41,010 nt of DNA from Atractiella rhizophila (taxonomy: Eukaryota): contig MU271592.1 in assembly GCA_021432655.1 (NCBI GenBank), forward strand, positions 1-41,010, written 5' to 3'. The notes below the pieces were generated by a model. The model saw nothing but the letters and a program-made list of their open reading frames with translations, was not told the DNA's origin and searched no databases. Within the stretch, counting starts at the first letter, position 1. Every line of letters begins with the position of its first letter. The position numbers were made by a program, and so were the translations under genes. This document shows positions 12,216-21,892 of the stretch, one piece after another.

Positions 12216-13340
12216 ACGATGTCATGACTACGGTTGGTACAATGGGTGGTTGGTTCTTAACCAGAGCACACGTGACAACCTATTCTGGTCGCATATTCGA
12301 GACAGTATTGGGTGTCTGGGAAATAGGTGAGCACGAAGGTGACACGATATTCTTCTCTCTGTGATTTGCCTGCAGAAAATTCCTCGCCGAGTCGTCAGAA
12401 AGTTGATAATACAGGCAGAGTTGTGATTAGTTCATCTAGACAGTGACACTTGGCGGCTGTTTCAGCTCAAGCAGTGATCCCCGCTTGTCAGAGGAGGTTC
12501 TGTGTCCAAGTTTGACATTGGGTCATGTTTTAGATGCAGAGAGATCACCTTAAAGCCTGTGACGAGAACTCCGTCGAATATTTTCAGCTCCTCTGCCTCC
12601 AATTCGCAGAGGGAGTGGGAAGGACACGTTAACTCCAGCCAATACCATTAACATTGGCATTGGAATCCTCGTCAGCATTTCACCCTGTTTGATGGGGTAA
12701 CTCAATGTAATGAGCTCGGCTATCCGAATTCGAAAGAGACCTGTGCATCAAGCATGCACCTTGCAAACTTATGTTTGGGAGTGCCGCTTCTCTCCCCCTC
12801 TCCACCGAAAACGGTGAACAAGGAAAGATGTCACTCACTTCAGGATATTGTCCTTTCCCAAGATTAAGGCTGGTCGGTCCTCAGCATTTCAGCGCCGAAA
12901 AGTTAATTGATAGTCTCTGGTTTACGTCAAACTTCTAAATTTCGAGCCTGCACGCTGGAAGAGAAAGCACTCGTCGGAGCAGGAAAGATTGAAATGCGAG
13001 AGAGCTTTGATGTGAGCTGCGACCAATCGGAAATATCAGGCCGCATTTTAGTCTGGGAATTGGAAGCTTCGCGGCAAAGGAAACAATTGTTCCGAGTCGT
13101 GCTGATTCGTCCACATGTTTACGGGATGCTTGCCTGTAGCTTACGTTTCCTCGAGTTCGGGGTCGAGTTCGGGTTTTAAACTTCCTTGAACTTGTCAACA
13201 ACACCCGCATTGTATTGCACAAATTTCCTGTCCTTATATAACGCGACCGCGTCGAACCGTTGATGTGCCGACAGACTCGTCAGCAGAGGGGCAAGCTGCT
13301 AACCCTCCCGCAGTTGCATCCTGTCCACTGAGCAGACATT

Positions 13341-13348
13341 TATAAATA
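13341..13348 (+). promoter_or_regulatory. TATA box of MFS copy 1
   Basis: TATAAATA about 80 nt upstream of ATG 13428. Confidence 0.45.
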
Positions 13349-13427
13349 TTGAGCACCTCAAACCAAGCTGCATTCTTCTTCTTCCCATTGTCCCCCCCTT
13401 ATCCACGATACCCGATCACTAGCAAAC

Positions 13428-16097
13428 ATGATCGACGAAGCTGCCACTCTCAAGGATGAGTCCCTCCGTGCCTCAGAGGACAACAATGAAAAGTTACCGC
13501 AATCTCCATCATCTGAAAAGGACGAGAAACAGTTGAAGAAAGATGCTGAAGATGGCGAGGAAGCGAAGGATGGTGAAGAAAATAAAAAGAAAGCAGTCGA
13601 CGATCCAGATTCCAAAGTCCTTCATGGATTTCAGCTCTGGGTCCGTCCTTCCACGCATTCCATGTTTGAAAGAAAAAGCATCCTGAAAGTATGACAGGCT
13701 GTTTACTTTTCTCTCCTCTTCTCCATTTTCCTCGTTGCACTCGATCAAACGATTCTTGCGCCTGCTCTGCCAGTCATCGTCTCTAAATTCAACGCTCTCA
13801 ATGAAATCGGATGGGTATCCTCTGCGTACTTCCTGTGAGCTGGTGTATTTTCTACCATGAAACATGAACTGACCTCGCGTTGATTCAAGGACTCAAGTTC
13901 GTTGGTTTCTTTCACTCATCAGGAAAATGTCCCCTAAAGGGATGTGCTCAGAGTGGCCTTATGCTCTTTTGGGGAACCGTACTGAACGTTTGTGATCGTA
14001 AATGGATCTTCATCAGCTCCGTCATTATTTTCGAAATCGGATCGCTGCTATGTGGTGTATCCACTACTGTCAATGTTCGTTCCCCCTTGCAGTTCTGGTG
14101 ACAAGTTTGACGGATTCATAGCTACTCATCTTTGGACGAGCAGTGGCCGGTGTAGGAGCAGCAGGTATGCGTGCTGTTTCCTCCTTCCCGAGTTCTAACT
14201 GGCCCATTTGATAGCAATATTCGTCTCTATTCTATCGATTATCACAGAGATCACGACACTTGAGCAGCGACCAGTTTTCTTTGGTCGGTCATTTCTTGAT
14301 TTGCTTTTTCTTGCTGACGTACCTCACTATAGGCGGATTTGGAGGTGTTTTTGGGCACGTATTTTCCCTCACTTTTGGAATGTCCATTGGATAACGCGGT
14401 GCGATTCCTCAGGTTATCGAGTATCATTGGCCCGTTGATCGGAGGCGCGTTCACTGACCATGTTAGCTGGAGATGGTGCTTTTACAGCATGTTTTTTCCT
14501 CTTTATTTCCATGATTGCTCAAGCTTACGCTTTTCCCAGTGTAAGCCTTTCATCCGTCTGAAGGAAAACTCAACATTAACTTATTCCAGCAATCTCCGGT
14601 TGGTGCTCTGAGTATTGCGGTTATCGTCGTCATCATCAAGAATGCTGCCGCACCAGCGCTTTCACCAGAAATGGCGGACCGGACCAGGCGTAGGATGGGA
14701 TGGCTCCTTGGTGTCTTTGGAGCCAGAGACGTTTCCGCGACCAACTTCTTCTTCCGATTGATGACACTTGACTGGGTTGGATCCACTCTGCTTCTTGGAG
14801 GTAATGTTTCTGGAACACCGCTAAGGAGTTGAATTGACGAGAGAGCCAGCCGTCACTTGCTTGTTACTCGCTCTTCAATGGGTGCGCCGCTTCTTTACAT
14901 TCAGTGAGATGCATATTAATGAAGGTGAACGGTAGGGTGGCAACGATTACCCCTGGAATGACGGTCGTGTCATCGGTTGCTTTGTAGGTTCGGGGTGATT
15001 CTTGCAGTACTCATCCCGTGTAAGTCTGCTTCACTTGTGTATGCAAGCGATCCGAGCTGGCAACTAATGGTCTGAGTAGACGAGTACTACATCGCTGGAC
15101 CGCAGCGCGTTCTCCCTCTCAACTTTTTTACCCACCGCACACAGGTCGCCTCCGGAGTGACGAGCTTCTTCGTCTTTTTTGCGTTGTGCGTCCTATTTTT
15201 TCAGGACGGCCTTGCCGAAGCGTTGCTGACGAGGGTGTTAGTATTGTGTTCTGTTATTGGATTCCGATCAACTGGCAGGCGGCGAAGAATCACTCTGCAA
15301 CCAAGTCCGGTCTCGACCTGCTCCCTTTCCTCTGCGGCGTCATTGTGTTCACTGCTATTACGGGCATTATTGTTAAGAAAACCGGAAACTTTTACTGGAT
15401 CATTGCTTCAGGGCCTCCAGTTATCTGTATCGCTTCCGGCTTGTTCTTTACAATAGATGAGGTAAGCCAAATGCTCCAAGCTAGCAGCAACAGACTTAAT
15501 TGTGGGCGGGACTAGCATGACGATTCCAAGTTGTACGGCTTTCAGGTGCTCCTAGCATACGGCGTCGGCTCAGCCCTCCAAAACGTGCTCATCTCCGTTC
15601 AAGCGAATACCAAAGATCCCAGAGACCTCAACTTATTCTCAGCTTGCTTTGCTTTCCTTCAACGTCTAGGAACCACCGTTGGAATTTCTATCGCAGCAAC
15701 AATATTTGGCAATAAGCTTTCGACCAACCTGGACCACATTGCGCGAGAAGGAACTTATGATCCCAGCGTTTTAGCTGCCGTCGAGCTTTCAGTGCAAGCT
15801 ATTTACACTGTTGTTCCCGTGGAGCAGAGGCCTGCTATTGTCCACGAGTATGTCAACGCGCTAAGCTACGTCTATCTACTAGGTGCGTTGTTAAAACTCG
15901 TTAGGATCTGACGGACTCATTGAGAGCAGGCATTGGAGCCGGAGGCGTTGCCTTTATATCCGCGCTCTGCATCAACAGCGTCAAGTTTGTGTTCATTATT
16001 CCTTTTGGTTGTGCATTAACCTATTTCTTGCAGTATCAAGAAGAAAAACGAAAAACCTAAAGATGACGAAAAAGCCGCAATGCCAATTGATATTTAG
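13428..16097 (+). CDS. MFS drug:H+ antiporter, DHA2 (14-TM) family, copy 1; two apparent 1-nt frameshifts
   Basis: [87 protein letters not shown]; ends ...AMPIDI*. Frame breaks at ~14597 and ~14995. Confidence 0.88.
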
Positions 16098-16569
16098 ACC
16101 GCTAACAGTCAGTAAAGATTCAGTTTTTTTGTCCTCAGTATTATAATGTATTTTTCAGTATCTGTTATGGGCAAACGCAACAATTCGTCAATACATCCGC
16201 ACTCAAAACGATGAAATCCTGGATGCATTTCTTCGAATAATGCATATTTTTCGCTAGCACGATCTTTTTTTCATTCTTAAAGGATAAACCATATAGAACC
16301 TAGTCGCACTCATTTAGAATCGCCTTCCTTTCTCCCAACAATGCCTTTTAATTTCCCAGTGGACATCTGCCAATACTTGAGCAGCGACATAGACTTGCCA
16401 GAAAACCTTGGTTGAAGCAGATTCATCCCACTAATACTCACTGGGCTAGTAGAGTGCACGGCTGACTGTGCTAAGCAGAAGAGCATATCGGATAAGGCGC
16501 CGTAATTGTGGTCACGTTCTCACAGGTACTACAAGCCAATACTGAAGAACAATTTGGTTGAATTGAACA

Positions 16570-16877
16570 ACTTCCAGCAAGTGGATGACACCAACTGATA
16601 ACAGGCTTCTCCAGTTCATGAACAAACATAACATCATGGAATTAATGGATATACATTCCATTAACGTGCCAAAGATGAGTGTTCAGCCACTTCTTCTCGC
16701 TTTGTCTCCTGCACCACCCAATATAAATTCTCAGTCTTTCGATCCTACATACAAATGGCATTACAAACCTTGTCATATCTTCTCCGTTCTTCCCCTTCTT
16801 CTTCGTCCCCAGCTTTTTATGGTCAAGCTCCCCTTTAGTCCTCTCAACCGCTCTGGCACGCGTCTGACATTCCAACT
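16570..16877 (-). pseudogene. Degenerate POP1 fragment
   Basis: Aligns to 23955-24370 with deletions. The conserved WLNTHLWHAKRMHM has decayed to WLNTHLWHVNGMYI. Confidence 0.85.
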
Positions 16878-17260
16878 TTTACAATATCGAATCTCGAATG
16901 CCAACTAATGGGAGAAGGCAAGCATAATATGCGAATAATTATGCCTAATTTTCACATCAACCATTGTGTGACTTGGCCACATATTCCAGAGTAGAAATGC
17001 ACATAACCCCTGACCTAACTCGTTGCACGAAAAGTGCAGGACATGAGGTTATAGGCTCAACGACATACATTCTTCCGTCTTCATCGACCCAATCGAAATC
17101 GATGCTCTTTAATCCCACCCACTTTGAGTCGCTTGTCTGCAAGTCCGTTTTGCCCACGATCTAGCCGCGTTCGCCGAAGTGGAAGGCTGCACGCGCGGCG
17201 GGGATGCTATTCTGAGCTGGAAATGGTGCTGAGTGTGCCGGTGGTCGGAGATTCACACTA
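16878..17260 (-). pseudogene. Degenerate YSA1 fragment (exon 1 plus part of intron 1)
   Basis: Aligns to ~11836-12230. Encodes VGKTDLQTSDSKWVGLKSIDFDWVDEDGR. Both start codons are mutated (ATG>GTG, ATG>ATA). Confidence 0.88.
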
Positions 17261-17379
17261 TGACGTGACTAACACCAAGCAAAGTCCGTCCTGCGAGCTT
17301 CCCTTTACAATCGCGGTTCTTGATGCGACACACATGTGGCACCGAAGTAGTGAGTATTCCCAAGGTATTCTGATGAGTT

Positions 17380-18633
17380 TTGGACAGAGTATTCGGTCAG
17401 CTCGATAAAGCTGTCTTCGTTCTGGGAAGTAGGTGCGCACGGAGTTGACGCTATATTCTTCACACCACACTCCGAGTTTCTTTGCGATTTACCTACGGAA
17501 AATTCCGAAGCCAGTCATCAGAAATATTGAACATATATGGAGATATGTGCAAGCCACTCTGTTGTTCATCTAGACAGTGCCACTTGGCAGCTAAAAGTGG
17601 TATTTCAGCTCATGAATTGATCCCCTCTTGATATCAAAGGAGGCTCTGTGTCCAGGCGTTGGAGAATAGTTTATATTAGATGCAGAGGGAAATCTTCTTA
17701 TGGCAGTGTAAGAACAGAGGCTCCCCTCTTAGCCATGCTTCTTCGTCGAATATTTTCAGCTCCTCTCAGCAATCTGCGCAGAGGAAGTCGGAGATGACAG
17801 ATCAATTCTTGCTGATACCCATTGACATTTGGATTCTTCCGTCAGCATTCGACCCTGTTCGACTGGTTTGTTCAATGTAATATTCAGATAGTGGAATTCG
17901 AAAGAGACTTATCCCAAGCTCGCCATCGCAGTGTCGGGAGCGCCGCTTCTATCTCCTCTCCTACTGAAAATGGTGAACAATGAAAAATATTACTACTTCA
18001 GCGCACTGTCTGTTGTGAGTTCACAAGATTACCGACACAGGTTGCTCAGCATTGTTTTCCAGGGCCGAAAAGCCAATTAGTAGTCCATACTTTAGATCAA
18101 ACTTCCAAATTGCAAGCCTGCAAGCTGGAAGAGAAGCGCGAGCAGGAAAGATTCGGCGATGTTATTTTAAGTAGTTTCGAGCGAGAGCTTTGATGAGCAT
18201 GACAGCTCTCTGACCCAGCGGAAATAAAGCCGCATCGTAGACCAGGGGCGTTCAAAGCGTCGCAGCAAGGGAAACCATTGTTCCGAGTAGTGCTTATTTC
18301 TGCCACATGTTTACGGGATGCTTGCAAGAAGCTTACGTATCCTCGACTTCGGGGTTAAAACTTCCTTGAACTTGTCAAAATACCTCACTGTATTGCACAA
18401 ATTTCCTGATTCCTTATATAATGTAACCGCGTTATATAACGCAACCGCGTCGAACCATTAACTGGTGCCGACAGACTCGTCAGTACAGAGGCAAGCTCCG
18501 GCAGTCAGGTCCTTTTGACTGAGCAGACATAAATATTGGGGCACTTCTGAGCAAGCTAGCATATCATTCTTCTAGCATATCATTCTTCTTCCAATTGTTT
18601 CCCCTTATCCACGATACCCCATCGCGAGCGAAC
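17380..18633 (+). repeat. Diverged duplicate of the YSA1-MFS intergenic/promoter region (~12290-13427)
   Basis: Collinear shared blocks, e.g. GTTCATCTAGACAGTG, TCGAATATTTTCAGCTCCTCT, CCACATGTTTACGGGATGCTTGC, AACTTCCTTGAACTTGTCAA. Confidence 0.85.
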
Positions 18634-19028
18634 ATGATCGACGAAGCTGCCACTCTCAAAGATGAGCCCCTCCGTGCCTCAGAGGATAACAATGAGAAGT
18701 TACCGCAATCCCCCTCATCTGAAAAGGACGAGAAACAGTTGAAGAACGACACCGAAGATGTCGATGGAGCGAAGGATAGCGGAGAAGAAAAGAAAAAGAA
18801 AGCAGTCGACGATCCAGATTCCAAAGTTCTTCATGGATTTCAGCTCTGGGTCCGTCCTTCTACTCCTTCCATGTTTGAGTGAAAAGCATCCTAAAAGTTT
18901 GACAGGCTGTTTACTTTTCTCTCCTCTTCTCCATTTTCCTCGTGCATTAACCTATTTCTTGCAGTATCAAGAAGAAAAACGAAAAACCTAAAGATGACGA
19001 AAAAGCCGCAATGCCAATAGATATTTAG
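18634..19028 (+). pseudogene. MFS copy 2 with ~2.3 kb internal deletion
   Basis: Exon 1 and the start of exon 2 ([12 protein letters not shown]) are joined at TCGT (18940-18943) directly to the last intron and last exon. Confidence 0.88.
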
Positions 19029-19739
19029 ACCCCTAACAGTCAGTAAAGATTCAGTTTTTTTTTGTCCTTAGTATCATAATGTATTTTTCAGTTATCTGTT
19101 ATGGGCAAACAGAACAATTCGTCAATACATCCGCACTCAAAACGATGAAATCCTGGATGCATTTCTTTGTGCGATGCATTGGTTTGTTGACAGCACCGTC
19201 ATTTCTTCAGTTCTTAAAGGACACGGATGGACCACTTACAACATAGTCGCACCTGCTTAGAGTTACCTCTCTCCTCCCTTTGACTCTGCAAACAATGCTT
19301 TCTAATTCTTCCCATAGACATCTGCCTTATACATCGGACAACGAGATAGTTTCCAGTAACCAGCACATTGATCCTGCATCCCCCTAACAGTAATGATCAC
19401 TAGTCCACTGGCTTAATCGCACAGCTGACTGAGCCAAGGGGAAGAGCATGTTATCTTGGTGCCATCAAGTATGGACATGCTGTCACCGATACTAAAAGTC
19501 AATAGTGCAGAACAATGGAGGTCTTCTTTTACACTACGCCTATTTACACTATGCCTAACATTCTGCACATTCTCCCTACAGGACTCTCCCTATTCCTAAC
19601 GACGCAGATCGCTGCTTCCTTCCAAGTCTGCAACTTCACAAATCCAATTCCACCCCCTTTACCTTCGGCTAATAAGTAACCCCCACTCGTTACTCTGCCA
19701 ATGAGATCCAATGCACTTTCAGAATCCACTTCAATCACT
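18940..19739 (+). repeat. Near-identical direct repeat of ~21281-22088 (MFS last exon, 3' region and POP1 C-terminal coding sequence)
   Basis: Only scattered SNPs and small indels differ. The POP1 tail (...GRVTSGGYLLAEGKGG...LGIV*) is repeated at 19544-19739 up to the gap. Confidence 0.92.
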
Positions 19740-20067
19740 NNNNNNNNNNNNNNNNNNNNNNNNNNNNNNNNNNNNNNNNNNNNNNNNNNNNNNNNNNNNN
19801 NNNNNNNNNNNNNNNNNNNNNNNNNNNNNNNNNNNNNNNNNNNNNNNNNNNNNNNNNNNNNNNNNNNNNNNNNNNNNNNNNNNNNNNNNNNNNNNNNNNN
19901 NNNNNNNNNNNNNNNNNNNNNNNNNNNNNNNNNNNNNNNNNNNNNNNNNNNNNNNNNNNNNNNNNNNNNNNNNNNNNNNNNNNNNNNNNNNNNNNNNNNN
20001 NNNNNNNNNNNNNNNNNNNNNNNNNNNNNNNNNNNNNNNNNNNNNNNNNNNNNNNNNNNNNNNNNNN
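19740..20067. other. Assembly gap
   Basis: Run of N. Confidence 1.
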
Positions 20068-21370
20068 TCTGCTTCTCGGAGGTAATGTTTCTGGGACACT
20101 GCTAAGGAGTTGAATTGACAAGAGACTCAGGAGTTACTTGCCTGTTACTCGCTCTTCAATGGGTGCGCAGCTTTTTTACACTCAGTCGAATGCATATTAA
20201 CGAAGTTCAACCTCAGGGTGGCAATGATTACCCGTGGAACGACGGTCGTGTCATCGGCTGCTGTGTCGGTTCTGGGGTGATTCTTGCGGTACTCATCCCG
20301 TGTAAGTTTGCTTCCCTTGTGTATACATGCGAGCTGGGAACTAAGCATCTGAGTAGACGAGTACTACATCGCTGGACCCCAGCGAGTTATCCCTCTCAAC
20401 TTCTTCACGCACCGAACACAGGTGGCATCTGGAGTGACTAGCTTTTTCGTGTTTTTGGCCTTGTGTGTCCTATTTTCTTGCGGAGCCTTTTTGAAGTGAT
20501 GCTGACGAGGATGCTAGCATCGTGTTCTGTTATTGGATTCCGATCAACTGGCAGGCGGCAAAGAACCACTCTGCAACCAAGTCCGGTCTCGACCTGCTCC
20601 CTTTCCTCTGCGGCGTCATTGTGTTCTCTGCTATTACGGGCATTCTCGTTAAGAAAACCGGAAACTTTTACTGGATTATCGCTTCAGGTCCTCCAGTTGT
20701 CTGTATCGCTTCCGGCTTGTTTTTCACAATCGATGAGGTCAGATAAATCCAAGGCAGTAGTACCAGACTTAACCGTGGTGGGACTAGCATGACGACTCCA
20801 AGTTGTACGGCTTTCAGGTGCTCTTAGCGTACGGCCTCGGTTCAGCCCTCCAAAACGTGCTCATCTCCGTTCAAGCGAATACCAAAGATCCCAGAGACCT
20901 CAATTTATTCTCAGCTTGCTTTGCTTTCCTTCAACGCCTGGGAACCACTGTCGGCGTTTCTATCGCAGCAACAATATTTGGGAATAAGCTTTCGGCCAAC
21001 CTGGATCACATTGCGCGGGAAGGAACTTATGATCCCAGCGTTTTAGCTGCCGTCGAGCTTTCAGTGCAAGCTATTTACACTGTTGTTCCCGTGGAACAGA
21101 GGCCTGCTATTGTCCACGAGTATGTCAACGCGCTGAGCTACGTCTATCTACTAGGTGCGTCTTTATAACTCCTTAAGAACCGACGGCCTCAATTGAGAAT
21201 AGGCATTGGCGCGGGAGGCGTTGCCTTTATATCCGCGCTTTGCATCAATAGCGTCAAGTTTGTGTTCATTATTCCCTTTGGTCGTGCATTAACCTATTTC
21301 TTGCAGTATCAAGAAGAAAAACGAAAAACCTAAAGATGACGAAAAAGCCGCAATGCCAATAGATATTTAG
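20068..21370 (+). CDS. MFS DHA2 transporter, 3' half of paralog (5' part missing)
   Basis: Collinear with ~14787-16097 with the same introns; frame intact at VGSGVIL; ends AMPIDI*. Confidence 0.85.
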
Positions 21371-21892
21371 ACGGCTAACAGTCAGTAAAGATTCAGTTTT
21401 TTTTTGTCCTCAGTATCATAATGTATTTTTCAGTTATCTGTTATGGGCAAACAGAACAATTCGTCAATACATCCGCACTCAAAACGATGAAATCCTTGAT
21501 GCATTTCTTTGTGCGATGCATCGGTTTGTTGACAGCACCGTCATTTCTTCAGTTCTTAAAGGACACGGATGGACCACTTACAACATAGTCGCACTCGCTT
21601 AGAGTTACCTCTCTCCTCCCTTTGACTCTGCAAACAATGCTTTATAATTCTTCCCCATAGACATCTGCCATATACATCGGACATCGAGATAGTTTCCAGT
21701 AACCAGCACATTGATCCTGCATCCCCCTAACAGTAATGATCACTAGTCCACTGGCTTACTAGTAATCGCACAGCTGACTGAGCCAAGGGGAAGAGCATGT
21801 TATCTTGGTGCCATCAAGTATGGACATGCTGCCACCGATACTAAAAGTCAATAGTGCAGAACAATGGAGGTCTTCTTTTACACTATGCCTAT

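Noticed and set aside
6876..21370. Histidine kinase + Nudix + MFS as a sensing/efflux or secondary-metabolite cluster
   Set aside because: No biosynthetic core gene or transcription factor present; adjacency alone is not evidence.
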